In this document: piece after piece, positions 1 through 14,255 of the stretch
How positions within the stretch are numbered: the stretch's first letter is position 1
Layout of the letters: each line of letters begins with the position of its first letter
Source of the DNA: the human T2T-CHM13v2.0 reference genome, Homo sapiens
Assembly (NCBI RefSeq): GCF_009914755.1
Contig: NC_060927.1
Length of the DNA stretch: 64,000 nt
Reading direction: 5' to 3' (one strand)
Notes under the pieces: model-generated
What the model saw: the letters and a program-made list of their open reading frames with translations, nothing else
Database searches by the model: none
What the model was told of the DNA's origin: nothing
Translations under genes and position numbers: made by a program

Positions 1-2499
1 TGAGTGTGTATTGGCAGAGGTAATAAAGCTGAAGGAGAACAGTGTAGTGAAGAGGAAGGGAGGTAAATTTGCACTATGTGTTTTCAGATTAGAAGCAATG
101 GAGCCTTGGGTTTGCTAGAAGACATTGTGGTCATACCTCAGGCAGAGGCTAAGCCTTTTAGAATAGGCGTATTATAGAAAGTGCTAGAAAGGAAATTGGT
201 ATCATCTGTTTGCAAGAAGCCACTTGCTTTTTAAGAAGAAAGTTAAAATCACAGTCCTACTGATGATGAGGTACTGGGTGATATGTTCAACTGGGGACAA
301 TATTGAACCATAAATCAAAAGAGAATGAATATCTCTTGATCTGCCAATGACTTTTCACAAAGTACTATTTTTGGGAAAATAATTATATAGAAAACATGCA
401 CCTCCTTTCTAGTTTACAAGAATATTATGAATATATGCTTGTTAAAACAGTGCTTTGAACTCCTGGTAAATAGATACTCTATTAATACAATATGTAATTA
501 TTTATTTCCATGGGCCAGTACATCAGCCAATGACTTTTAGATGCATTTCAAGCTGAATTTAATTATATTTTCTGAAACTTGGAAATAGTCTGTTTCTATT
601 TGGCTAGATGCCAGGGCAGCATATCTAGCTGATACACACTGATTTATTCCAATCGGTTCTCCCAGGTTAGTATCAGTTGGTTTATAAATACCAGCTAATA
701 GGCTTTTGCAGGTTTCTCAGAAATTAATTACAGTAGATTTAAATTAATTGCTAAGTCGATAAAAGAATTCCCAAGGAATCCTCAAGTTTTGAAATTTACA
801 GTGTTGCTGCTGGTAAACATCGGATAGCTCTGGTTCTAGAATGGTCCTCTGTTGTGGCTGTTATCCTGACTACTTAAACTATAACTGAGAAGAACATTCC
901 TACACTTTCAGGCTATCTTTATCAAATTTCATAAGTAAAACACATCTATTTGATCAACACCTATTTACAGAGTATCTATAATGTTAGAGGCACTGTGCTA
1001 AATACTGTAGATAGAAACACAATAGAAATGTTTTCTGTGTAACTTAGTTTATTCAAGTATCGTACAATCACGTCCACTTAGCTTATCTTCTAACAAAATC
1101 ATAGCTCTTGAAAATTTATAAAAAGGGGCAGGTGGTGGAAAGTTTAGGCTATTATCTAAGATGACAGACATATAGCCCTCTGATTGATAATTCCTCAGCA
1201 CGTTTCTTATGTGGGTGGGCTTGTTATAGCAAGCAGTGTATATAAAGAATATAATATCAGCCAAGTCATAGTCAATCAAAAGTACTGAAAGAATAAACAG
1301 ACCATTTGCTCTGCTTACAACAGCTTATGCAAGTTTTTAGAAAAATGACAATTACGACAACAATAAATATTTTTAAAAAAGAACCAGTACAGGGTTTTCT
1401 ATTATCAATTTAGGAAAGTAGGACAGGTGGATTATATAGATTATAAAACCTATAGATTGTGTAAGTGTTAGTCCAATTTGGTTTGGTTCTTCCATCACAA
1501 GCCAAGTAAGAAATGGGATGGAGATGATACTTTAGATGACACCACCTTCAGACAGTCAAATAAGATACAAATTACAGTAAATTAAACAATGCAAGAAGGA
1601 TGGGATGATTTTCCTAGTACACACAGCTGAGGGTAGACTACTATTTAATAACTTGAAACAACTGAGGACTTAAAGGTCGAATATATAGAGAGGTTAGTGT
1701 ATGTAGACCGGAAAATACTGAAAATGCTTAAAGACTAAACATATCAAATGAGAAGAAGCATGTAAAAATCAGAATTTTTGTAAAACCCCGCTATTCGGGG
1801 ATGCCTCCAAAATAGTCTAAATTAGTAAAAGTTCTAAAATATATAATATCTTTAAAGACATGTTGTTTTAAGGTTTTCAAATAAATGAAGTGACTAACTG
1901 CTGACGAAGTTTATCCATGCTTGTTGGACTAGTTTTAAGGAATAGATGAGACTGATTGTAATTAGCAGCACTCATCTGTATAAAATGAGTATCTGATAAT
2001 TTATTTAAATTGGTTACCCTCCTCTTTAAAACGGTCTGTAGAAGTGCTTTCCTTTAGAGTGAATTAAACTTAATTTTGTTTAGAGCCTTTATGTGGATAT
2101 TGAGATGTGTTCAAAATGAAATGGAGGCATTTTGAGCTGTTGTAAAGAAGAGGTTGCAAATCATTTATTTTTAACCCTATTTATTGACCTACAAAAATCA
2201 AGATTTTACAATAATGAAAGTAATTATAAACTAGACCATCAAATCTTATGAGATATGCTGAGTATATTTGAATTATAGATTAAATAAAATGCCAAATATA
2301 CCAAGAACGAACAATCAGTAAATACAGAAAGATAAGGGTATGGAGCTTTCCCTTCAGGCTACATAATTCCAGATAAAATGTTGCTAGAATAAAAATGCAT
2401 AGACATTCATCTCATTTTACTCAAGGTAAAAAGTACAATGATTAAAAATATTTAAAAGAAGCAAATAAAAATTAAAATTAGCAAAATGCTTTTTATCTT

Positions 2500-3880
2500 T
2501 TGAAAACAACTTTTATTCATTTTGTAACAATGGTATACTCTAATAGAAAAAGTCACATAATACCAAAAATGTACCAGTGTAAAACGATGTATTACCTCAA
2601 ATGCTACCACCTAGAAATAGTCACTATTGATGTTGTTTGGTAACAATCCTTTTAGGTGTTTTATTAATATAAATACATAAGGATATATAACTAGAAAAAT
2701 ACCTTATATTCTGTTCTGCAACTTCAGTTTTTTCCACTCAACAATATGTTCTGGGCATGTTTTCAAATAAATTAATTCTACATCATTATTTGAGTGGAAC
2801 TATAAAATCCAATTATAATAAGAACCATTATTCAATTAAATAATATCTTGATGAATATTTAAGTTGTTTTCTTTATTATAATTTCTACTATAAAGCATTC
2901 TGCTGTGAATATTTTTATAGCTATAATATTAGCTAGAGTAACTTTCCAGAACTGAGACTGCTGGGTCAAATCTATGCACAATTAACATTAAAATATATTG
3001 TATATTAGTTCACAAGAGTGGTCCATTCTCCAAATCTTTTTCCAATTTGTTAAGTGAATAATGGTATAATTTTTTTTTTCTTTTCTTGTCCCCTTCCCTT
3101 TTGATTTTCCTCCCTTCTTCCCTTGTCTTCCCTCTTTTTCCCTTTCATTCCCTCCCCTACCCCACGCATCCACATGCTACCTAATTACTTATTCATCCAT
3201 TTATCTATCATCTATGTTTACCAGCCACTTACGTTTCCTCTTTTGTCTATTGCCTATTTCAAATCCCTTGCCTTTTTTTATTATGATCACCAATTTTTTA
3301 ATCCTTACTGATTTTGAAGAGCTTTTATATATTAAAATATGAATGCTTTAAAAATGACACTATTAAAAGTAATTCTATTAATTTTCATTTTCTTTCAAAT
3401 TTACCATAGGCTGCTTTTTGTCTTTAAAAAGTTCTATGAGTTTATGTAATTATATTGATAAATCTTTTCCTGAGCTGTTTCCAATTTTATGGCGTTATTG
3501 AAATGAGCTTTGTTACTCAAGTTTTTTAAATATTTACTTATGCTTTCTTCTCAATTTTATTGTGATTCTATTTAATTTGTATATTTTAGTCTTTCACCTA
3601 TCTTTACTTTAGCCTAATATAAGGTACTTAGTTTAATAAAAATGAGGTAGGGATCTAGGTTTTCTCTTTTCCTAACAGTTATCCAACTGACTCACAGAAT
3701 TTATAGAATAATTCACTTTTTCCACTAATTTGAAATGTCCTTTTTATCTACATGACATTCTCATACTCTTGAGTCTTAGGTTTGATATCTCTTCTACTGA
3801 TTCATTATATCAATTAAACCATATTATTTTAACTATTGAAGTTTTATAATAAGTTTAATAATTGACAGGAAACATGTTTC
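2500..3880 (-). mobile_element. Old L1 (L1ME-like) 3' fragment, antisense
   Basis: Degenerate T-rich L1M 3' motifs (ttctgttctgcaacttc...tttttccactcaacaatatgttctggg; gactgctgggtcaaa; ttgaagagcttttatatattaa; aggtagggatctagg). Boundaries approximate. Confidence 0.65.
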
Positions 3881-4596
3881 AAAACTTTCATTTTTGAAAT
3901 CTTCCTTAGGGTATATACGTATTTAATGTAAGCATAAGATAAATAATACATGCAACATTGTTAGATTATCTGTGAAGCATATATATTTCAGTTAAAAACT
4001 TTCAGTTATGAAGTTGACTCAATGATTTAATATTCTATTTTTTCTCATCTGTGATGTCTTGACATAAACAGGTTATCTTACTTACTTTTCTTCTTGACCA
4101 GAACAGAACATTGGCTGTATAAACACACGGGCAGTCAAAATTTGGTATATGTGCATTTTCTTGCTATTCTTTTCTTTAGTCCATCCATTAGAGGACTCAT
4201 ATCTTTTTAAAATCACTACAATTAAGTCATTCTAATTTACTGTACCATTCTCAAGTTTGAAAACACTGTGACACGAGTTGTCTCACTTCAGACCCTGGCC
4301 CTTTCAATGATCTGTGCTTTGCATTTGATTCTTTTTGTCTTCCTCTCCCGAGCTCCCTGAATGAAATAGCAAGAGGGATCTTCTGTAGAAGCATCATTCT
4401 CTGAAGTGACAAGGAAGCGGCATCTTTCACAGCTGGCAGTGCATGCCTGCATAATACCTGGATGCCAGAAGTGCTCTTGAAGAACAAACAGGCAACCTGT
4501 TTCCTCCTCAAGCAGCAGCAAAAGCTGTCAAAACCACAGGTGCACCAGGATCCTCCCCTCCATCAAGCTGTTTACATTCTTTTTTCAGTCTAGCAT

Positions 4597-4654
4597 TTGG
4601 CAGCTGAGGTTGATTCTGGCGTTGGCAGCTGAGGTTGATTCTGGCATTGGCAGC
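4597..4654. repeat. 25-bp tandem duplication (2.3 copies)
   Basis: ttggcagctgaggttgattctggc(g/a) at 4597-4621 and 4622-4646, then a partial copy ttggcagc at 4647-4654. Confidence 0.95.
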
Positions 4655-5008
4655 AGAAACAATATATCTCTTAGGATTTAGGTCATACAGATGGTGTTAG
4701 AATTTAGCAGTTTAGTGCCTGCTTCCCACTATGCTATGGAATCAAAGACCCTGGACCAGGTAGTAGAGCATTTTTATTTAGAAAAGGGATGGATAAGGAC
4801 ATACAAGTGAATTATGCAATTTTCACTCCTGTTAGAGGTCTTTGAAATATTGCTTTGAACTATACAGTCTTCCTATAACTAATGCTTGGTGGCTATGGCG
4901 TTTAAAAACTAAAATGAGATGCACTTACTCTCTCAAATATTTAGAATTATTAAGCTTACATATTATCTTCACAGATGACTTGCAGAAACACTGTATAAAA
5001 CTCAGCCT

Positions 5009-5447
<439 letters not shown>

Positions 5448-5696
5448 TTATCTATATATTCCAAATGTTGTGCCACAACTTACAATGTAAGAGATTATTT
5501 AATTTAAAAAATTGAAAATGATTTTGATTCAAGGTGTCAGTATGAAACACAAATCTATAAAAGTTAAAGCTCCATGTCTCAGGACTCTATCAAATTTCAT
5601 TGAAATTAATCAACTTTTATAAAATTTGTCATGAGACAGAAGATAATGTATACATGCAATATTAAAAAAAACATTATGACATTAATAACTTACATG

Positions 5697-6002
<306 letters not shown>

Positions 6003-8153
6003 TTAATAATAATAATAACTTAGATGGAAGCCAAGAAAATGAATAAATTGCTTTTTCAAGTAATTTTTTCCTTATGAAAATTAAGATAAAACTTTATAAT
6101 AGAGTAAGAATGATAGATTCTAGTTATTTTGGTTAATCAAAATGTAAACTTAATTATTTAAGTGATATCCCAACTTAAATTTGGCCTAGTTATTTTTCTA
6201 AATTTTTTTTTTAAATGAGAGTTTCATTATAAAATACTCAAAAAGGAAATCTTATTTTCATTAACATTAATGAAAATTACTTTTGAAGGCCCTGTTAGGG
6301 TATTTGAGTGTGTTTTCTATGCAAATCAATTTTAAAAAGACAATACTTCCATTTCTATATCATTTGAACCAACATAAAATACTTCTTCATCATACTTTTT
6401 CAATGTACAGTTTCTTAAACTACTTTTTGAAGCAGTGGAATTCCTTTATTATTTATCTCTATTCTGAGCCTGCTACGTTCAACTACAAGATACTGTGCCT
6501 ACTGAAGGTTCAGGCCTTTATGCAATCCATAATCCAAATATAGCATTTGATATTGAATTCATAAAATACAATGTATGGCATTAGGGGTTTAGAAATCCAC
6601 CAACAATCTTTCTGTCAAGCACATATCTTACGTTATAAGGTTTTCTGCCATCAGGAGACCTTGCATCTGTGTGTTGTGTTCTGCCTGTGAAGCTGTGTTC
6701 TCAATTTGAGTGCACTAGCCAAAACCCAATAGAAAGATGATGCCATAGTAAGAAGGCAAATATTATAACTTTAGAGGCGGAGCCCCAGCCCAGCCTTCTA
6801 TTGAATCACAATACATAGACAGCTGTCCATTGCCCGCTTGGCTCATAAATTTTCTCTACTTAGCCAAAATAAGGCAAAATTTTGTTGAAGATTCCAAGAC
6901 ACTAAAGAGAATAGAATGCTATACTTATTGCCTCTGGTTTGCTCTCTTCCCTTTTCCAGCAATGTATATTATCTTGGAACTAAAATATTTATTAAATGCT
7001 CCTTTGAGGCTGCTTGACCTTTCTGGGACCTGGCCACTCAGAGGGCTATGGGAAGGCTAATCATAGGGCAATTTTAATTGAGTTGATAAGTTCTCTTGGT
7101 CTCACATCAAAATTATAAATTTGTTTTGAGATTCCCAAGTCACCTCAGGGGACTCTTTTATTCCTTTCTAGCAAATGGTTACTTGGGCCAATTCTTGGAT
7201 TCCTAGGGCAGCTGCCAATAAAAGACCAAGGTGGCCTTAATCATAAAGATTTGAATCAATTTTAAAGCAAATTGTTTAAAAAACAAAAGTTATCAGAAAG
7301 GAAGTGGGAGGTTGTAATGCCAAGATGAGATTACTCTGTGAGCCCTCAACAGTGAGAGCTATCAATAGATGTACATAGAACAACTAACTAACGCACAAGT
7401 CCTCATTCCTGATAATTGGCTGAGATACAAGACAGAGGAAAAGGGATCCTACTCAAACATAGGCCTGCCTCAGTAGGTCTCCCCAGTCCACTTGAGTGCT
7501 AGCCAGAATGTGGATGATTACTGAAGACATCAGCTATTTTACAGACTTTCACATTTCCTGCAGAGTTGAAGGGAACAACAAATTCAGCTGCTACATTACT
7601 AGTACATAGCAATTAGTGCTATGATAAGATCGTTAAGTAGGCCTGGAATGCAGTATCTTTAAAAAAAACTTCTCCTTGTTTTGAAGAAAGGATTGCTGAG
7701 GGGAAGAAATGTATATATACAATTTTTAAAGGTCTGAATCAAAGAGCAAGTACTTGTTTAGAACTTGGCTGCTGATGATATCTTCATCCTCAAGTTAATT
7801 AGGCAAGTGAAATCTAATCCCCTCTGGAGTGGCAATGTCCAAACTTTCCCTAGGATTTCAGTGGAATTTACTGCTTAAGTATTTTCTTGAACTGAATTCA
7901 CTACTCTAATGTTAACTGAATTCTGTCTATTCAACCTAGAGATTAAATGGTATTCCTGCATCTTTGAGAAGCCTGCCTTTGAAACAAGTATTCAGAGAAA
8001 GGCTGCTTGGACAGGTCTGGATGAGGGGCTGTTAAGGTAACTAACATGTATGAGGGGCAGTTCTTGCATTAACTGTAGGGTTAGTTAGTCACACACACTC
8101 AGGAAGTCCTGAGACCATTCTGGCTATAATAAGTCAATGTCGCTTTCTACAGC

Positions 8154-8714
8154 TGTGAAGGTTAACTTTGTGTCGACCTGACTGGGCAAAGAGATGCCCA
8201 GGTAGCTGGTAAAGGATTATTTCTGGGTATGTCTTTGAGGGTATTTCCAGAAGAGATTAGCATTTGAATCAGCAGGCTGAATAAGGAAGACCTGCCCTCA
8301 GATGGGTAAGCATCATTCAGATCCAGTCCCTTGAGGGGCTCAGACAGAACAAAAAGGCTGAGGAAGGGAAACTTTGCTCTCTCTGCTGGAGCTGGGACTA
8401 CTTTCTCCTTCCCTAAGACATCAGAATGCTGAGTTATCAGTCCTCTGAACTCTGAGACTTACACTAGCTGCCCTCCTGGCTCTCAGGCCTTCGGCCTCAG
8501 ACTGAAAACTACACCACAGGCTCCTCTGGTTCTCAGGCCTTCCTACTCAGACTGAATCACATCCTGGCTTTCCTGGTTCTCCAACTTGCAGACGGCATAT
8601 CGTGGGATTTCTCAGCCTCCAGAATTGTGTGAGCCAATTCCCATAACACATCCCTTCTTATAGACCTATATATTTCCTTTGGTTCTGTTCCTCCCGTGAA
8701 TCCTGACTAATACA
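8154..8714 (+). mobile_element. MLT2 (C/D-like) ERVL solo LTR
   Basis: TG...CA termini (tgtgaaggttaactttgtgtcgacctgactggg ... cctgactaataca), internal gaagagattagcatttgaatc, 5-bp TSD acagc/tcagc. Confidence 0.88.
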
Positions 8715-9579
8715 TCAGCTTTCCTCAGGAATGTCAAAACTAGCTTTACTTTGATGGTGTACATTTGCAACTAAAATTTCTACATTAAGACATAGACATT
8801 CCTGCCATCAACAATTTTTATTTTTACTTAAGGCAGAAATAGAGAAAATTCCTACTCCAATTAGCTTAAAACTCAATAGCAATAAAACATTGGCCTCTCT
8901 GCCAAAAAAAAGATTATTTCCCTGAAGATTGAAGGAATGGTCTCCATTTTACCTCCCTTCTGCTTTAGATCCTCCTGCTAAGTCACTCTCATCTTTTTCT
9001 CTCGCTTTTCCCCTTCTAAACAAATATTTACGTATTTTTATTTGTATAGTGTATTCCATTTTAAAATAAAGCACTAAAGTTTGTTTAATTTTACTAGTAA
9101 TGATATTTTTTAAGGTTGGAGTTAGGGGAGGGTGCCTCTGTGTGTCTGAGGCTATGGCCGCTGAAGTGGGCAGGGACAATCCTGCTATGTTGATCGTTGG
9201 CAGTGATATAGCCCATTGATCTCCCTGGCTGAATTAAGAACACTAGGTCTGACAAAATGTTGAGCATTTAAGACTCTAGGCAAAATCAAAGAATAGGAAA
9301 GATATGCATGAGGCTCAAGTCTCCTCTTTTTCTATTTTTCTTCCCTGTTACCCCTTTCTCTGTAGGGACCTATGGTCTTCCTGGTCTTTTCCTAGATCAA
9401 AAGCTCTTTTGAAGAACAAAAACAGTACATTTCCTTTCCATCTCTAGATTCCTCTTTAATCTACAATAATCTACCTCTCTTTACTGACAAATGAAAAATA
9501 AAAACCCATTTTCTTTTCAGATTTAATTAATATCCTCCCTGAGAATGTTAAATGTAACCTTTGGTTTCCTAAGGAATCC

Positions 9580-9624
<45 letters not shown>

Positions 9625-9919
9625 TTTTATTTTTTTGAGATGGAGTCTCTCTCTGTCACCCAGGCTGGAGTGCAGTTCTGGAAGGCGGAATCTCCTCCTT
9701 CCGGGTTCAAGTGATTCTCTTGCCTCAGCCTCCTGAGTCGCTGGGATTACAGGCACACGCCACCACACCCAGCTAATTTTTTTTTTTTTTTTTGTATTTT
9801 TAGTAGAGACGGGGTTTCGCCATGTTAGCCAGGATGGTCTCGATCTCCTGACCTCGTGATCCACCCACCTTGGCCTCCCAAAGTGCTGGGATTACAGGCG
9901 TGAGCCACTGCGCCTGGCC
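9580..9919 (-). mobile_element. Alu (AluSc8/Y-like) with (TTTA)n tail and a rearranged right arm
   Basis: Antisense Alu containing gttagccaggatggtctcgatctcctgacctcgtg; TSD tcctaaggaatc at 9567-9578 and 9920-9931. Confidence 0.93.
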
Positions 9920-10011
9920 TCCTAAGGAATCTTGATCCATCAAAGCTTCTCTCTCTCTCCATCTCTCCCCTGCCCCAATTTCAAAACAGATAAAACAAGC
10001 AACCAAACAAT

Positions 10012-10036
10012 ACACAGACACACACACACAGACACA

Positions 10037-10086
<50 letters not shown>
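10012..10086. repeat. (CA)n microsatellite with CAGA interruptions
   Basis: Read directly from the sequence. Confidence 0.97.
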
Positions 10087-10089
<3 letters not shown>

Positions 10090-10119
10090 CTCCCATTGGC
10101 TCAATCTCATAAAATTACT

Positions 10120-11040
10120 CCTTTCTCCATTCCCTTAGCTAAGGGCTCTTAAATCCATATTCTACAAACACTTCCTCCACTTTCTTCCCTTGTTCATTCC
10201 TCATCACTTACATGACTGAATTCTCTACTTGTTCTAAAGCTGCTGACTTGAAAGTCTCCAAAAAGCCCCTTAAAATCTAGTCCCGTTACTTGTCTGGGGA
10301 GGGTTCCCATTCTTTCTCTCTTTAGTATGTGTTACTTGCTTTACCTTTGAAGTGACTTTTTTCTCTTGATAATCTCCTTCCCTATGATTGTTTCACCAAT
10401 GCCTTATGTTTCTTTACTTCCCAAATATATGTGCCCCTTAATGTATGTCATATACCCCTGGTTTTCACTGTATGTAGTCTTTTCCTTAGGGATTTCATCA
10501 ATTCTCCTATTTGAATATTATATCTTTGAATATAGGCATGAAGTCTTTATCTCCATACCAACTCTAGACCACCTCCATCCATGATTCTGAATGCCTTTTG
10601 TAAAATTTACGTGGGTGCAACATTCATTCCTCAAATACCTCAAGCTATTTACTCCTTCCTCTCCACATGTTCTTCTCTGAATGTCTCTTGCTGTTCAAGG
10701 ATTTGCCCTCGTTATTTCAGTCCTCAATTCTAAACTGTACAGCTCCTGTCCTTCTTGGATGCTTTCCTTTCCCTATATTGTCACATTCGGTGTGACAGGA
10801 CAGCCTGTAGAACTGATTTGTAAAACAGAATTCTTTCCACACTAGTATCACTATAATTGAGACACATGTTGCCCCGTACCTGAAATACATGGTCTTCTTA
10901 CACACTGCTGACAGATTAATCTTTTTAGAATACAGCTATCATCTTATTATTCTATGCTTAAAAACCATCATTAGCCACTCACTACTTTCAATTACATCCT
11001 AATTACTTTACCTGACACTTAAGACCCTACATGACATAGC
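10120..11040 (+). mobile_element. L2 fragment(s), degenerate
   Basis: Pyrimidine-rich L2-like motifs (tctttatctcca...ctctagacc; cattcctcaaatacctcaagct; agattaatctttttagaatacagctatcat; tgcttaaaaacc). Confidence 0.55.
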
Positions 11041-12064
11041 ATTGAAAGCAGCATGATCAAAATTCCAGCTAAATAAAACTAGAGACTCCTTTCAGAAAAT
11101 GACCCAGAATTTTCTTAATCTAGATGGCTTTTCTAGACCTATAAAACACAGCTTCCAAGTCCACCAGAGGAACTGATTTTCATCATCCGTTTACTCTTTC
11201 TTAAAGGTGGGCCAAGCTTGACTGCCAACTTCTTCCTAACAGTCTCTATGCTTCCACACTGGATGGGATTGCTGCCTCTGAGTCACTGAAGTATTTGTGT
11301 GGCCCTTAGCACAGTTATCTTGAAACAATGCAACTGAAAGTGTTTCATAAACCATAATCATGCCAAACTAAGAAATTACCATAGTTTTGTTTTTGTAGAA
11401 AAAAGTCCTAGCTTACCTAAAATGTTACCCTAGTATATTTGGTAGCATATCACACAGATCCAGGTACAAAATAAGTTCCTAATAAAACATAGTAGACACT
11501 CAATACAAACTTATTGAATATTATTTACTTACCCAGGAAACAAATTTGAATGATTGGATTGAATTAACGTATCTTTAAGTCATATTAATATTAAAATTTT
11601 TTTATTGTGTAAAGTACTAATAGTATATTTTTGATTAAATAAATGAGTTTTATTTGGTGGGTTGTGTGCTTATTCTTTGTTACTGCCTTGTTCTTCATGT
11701 CCAAAGGTGCTGTCAGTGCTGCTGACATTGCTCAAACTTTTTTGTTCTGGGCTTAAAGCAAGCCCTGTTTCATAAGTGTAAAGTTGTTTAACAGTCTTTG
11801 GTAAATGCCTTTCCAAAGATGCACATCTTGAACATGTCCAGCTTGCAGCAGCTATCACAAGTGTGTCACATGTGATACCAGCAGGATGCCAATAGGTAGA
11901 TTGTAACCTGTCGGTTCTGAATGAAATATTTGACTGACTCAAGCTGAGCACAAATACGTTGTCAATAAGTCAGCAGTTAATGCTAGGAAAAATGAATAGA
12001 GATGAGGGGATCGGCTTCCTTCTATTTTATGTAATCCACTTCTAGTCCACTTTGTATAAAGTTG

Positions 12065-12103
12065 AGTGTGTGTGTGCCTGTGTGTGTGTGTGTGTGTGTG
12101 TGT
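12065..12103. repeat. (TG)n microsatellite
   Basis: Read directly from the sequence. Confidence 0.95.
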
Positions 12104-13550
12104 ACGCTGAAAACAGGTTGGCAGGGTGATAGTTGAAATGGGATTAGAAAGTACTGCAATTATTTTGCTCATGTAGAAATATGCAAAGAACCTTTGACCC
12201 CTTGTAAACAATGCAGTATGAGGGACTAAACAGAGGGCTCAGTTCTTCTTCCCTCATTAGCACCTCATTAAGCTATCCCAATACTAAAACTCTTGTTAAT
12301 GCAGAGGCTGCTTAAGAAATCAACAAAGAAATGCCTCTATTAATAGTATTTTCAGAATACTTGCCTCTGAATATACTCTCCTTCCTTCAATCTTAGTTTC
12401 AAAACACAGCCAGAACCACGGGGCATACTTTTCTTTCCATCTTGCCCTGTGCAAAGGTATTGCATATTTAAATCTGAAATGTACCCAAGTATATGTATCA
12501 GACACTGCAGGCTGATTTAACGCAGAAAAAAAGAAGAGTCACAATTCCAAATCTAAGTTTCCGTCTATATGCTAAGAGCATGAGAAGCAGAGAATGAGAA
12601 ATGGAAAATCCTCTATGGGAAGATAAGCTCCTGCACCTTTAGTTCAAGCAATGGGCAAAGCTGCTCTCTCAGGATTCGGTTCTGCATTCATGTGTGAGAA
12701 AAGCAGGGGGGGTCAGGCTAAGCCACACTTCATTGCAATAGACTAAAATCAGCAACTGCCATTGTCTGTGGAAAGCTAGAGATAAACAGAGCAGATGACT
12801 TTATTTTTATTTTTTTAAGCAAATGGGCTGTGACATTTTGTACCAACTCAGGACAGGTCTCTTGATTAAATGTTTTCCATTCATCCGACTAAAAGCTCCC
12901 TGACAGAGATGAAGTGACCGCACTTCGGGAAAAGAGAGTGCATGGGGGTTGGGGGTGGGAGCTAAACAGTGAAACAAAGGGTGAAGACAAGAAAAGGCAG
13001 GATGGCACAGAGCTCTTGAGTGGAGCTGGGTATTTAGGGTGATTGGTGAGGGACCTGATAAAAAGGCATCTAACGCCTCATTAGCATCTTCTGTTGATTA
13101 CATGGTGGAGAGTGGTAACTGTGTGAGCTAAAGGAACTTGAAGAGAGATTGGGAGAAAAACATCAACTGATCCCAGTATGGAATACTCATGTTTCCTAGC
13201 TAATGTAAAGTGTTGGTTTGGCAGAAGGGAGGGGACGGGGGAAAGTTATCATTTATTGGGTATCTATTATACTTTGTGAGATAACGTGTTCTTGTGGCAA
13301 ACATTGTATTTACCATTATGCATTCATTGTATTTAATTTTCACCATTTTAAAAGGTCATCAATAAAGGAAGAAGCTAAGATGCCCAATCCTAAGCAATCA
13401 TGTGGTTATGGAATCCAGGAGGAGGAGCTGAGCTACCCGCTATGCCTGTCAATGGGGGGCATATGCGTGGGCATGCCCGTGTTCAGGGGATCCTGCTTCC
13501 AGGAGGTCAGAACCAGAAAGCTCCTTGTGCTTTCCTGTTCCCCAAGGTTG

Positions 13551-13657
13551 GAAGAGACAAGCATCATAATAAATTGTTTAAAATTATGATAAACAATTAT
13601 AATAAACAAGAGCTGAAGAAACAAGCATCATAATACATTATTTAAAATTATAATAAA
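13551..13657. repeat. 43-bp direct repeat, period 64
   Basis: gaagagacaagcatcataataaattgtttaaaattatgataaa (13551-13593) versus gaagaaacaagcatcataatacattatttaaaattataataaa (13615-13657), 4 mismatches. Confidence 0.9.
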
Positions 13658-13709
13658 AGTTGAAAGTGCCAGGGTAAGATCTTTTCTCCTTTGTAGAATA
13701 TAAATCAGA

Positions 13710-14255
13710 GTAGTATGCTATTCAGGCCTTTTTTTATATATATGTGAGGCCCAGGGCAACATTACAAGGGGAACCTTACGTACCACTTAATATCATTCCA
13801 TCCTCCTAGAAGACTGAGTATCAATTTAGAATCTTCAACTCCTTGAAATTCTGTGTGTGAGGAAGGTAGAAATGAAAGAGTTGCCTCTGACCGCTGGTCC
13901 ACGCCCACAGATTTCTCTCCTCAATCTGTCCCAGCCTCAGTTCTATACTGCAAACTTTTGTGAGGCCCCTTGCTCTCATGTGCGGAGTCTGGGACAGCCC
14001 ATGCAAGCCTTCCTTGGTCAGTCTTTGTGCCAATGCAGACCTAGGAAAAATGGGTCTGGGACTTTCTAGGGCAGGGAATTCTGGGATGCACAGGTGATAG
14101 TCTAGAAGAAGGATGGTAGGTGCCAGGTGGGAGCCCCTTTAAGATGTTGGATTCATCTATGAGGAGTGATGAGTCTATGGAAGGATCAGACAGAGTAGTA
14201 TTAATACGAGACCCAGCACAGGGCTCCTCTTCCCTGTGTCGAGGGCGGAATTCAC
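13710..14255. mobile_element. Probable MER115/Zaphod-type hAT-Tip100 DNA transposon remnant
   Basis: GC-elevated block ending gggctcctcttccctgtgtcgagggcggaattc, resembling the recalled MER115 terminus (GGGGCTCCTCTTGCCCGGGTCTAAGGGCGGTACTG). Confidence 0.5.

Noticed and set aside
4086-4114. Possible 29-nt minus-strand exon (tatacag|...AAA|gtaagt)
   Set aside because: Good donor but poor pyrimidine tract; not frame-preserving.
11411-11430. Second minus-strand AG|GT motif (CATTTTAG|GTAAGC)
   Set aside because: Only a 4-T tract before the AG, so a weak acceptor; expected by chance.
12944-12962. G-rich run as a G-quadruplex
   Set aside because: Only three clear G-runs.
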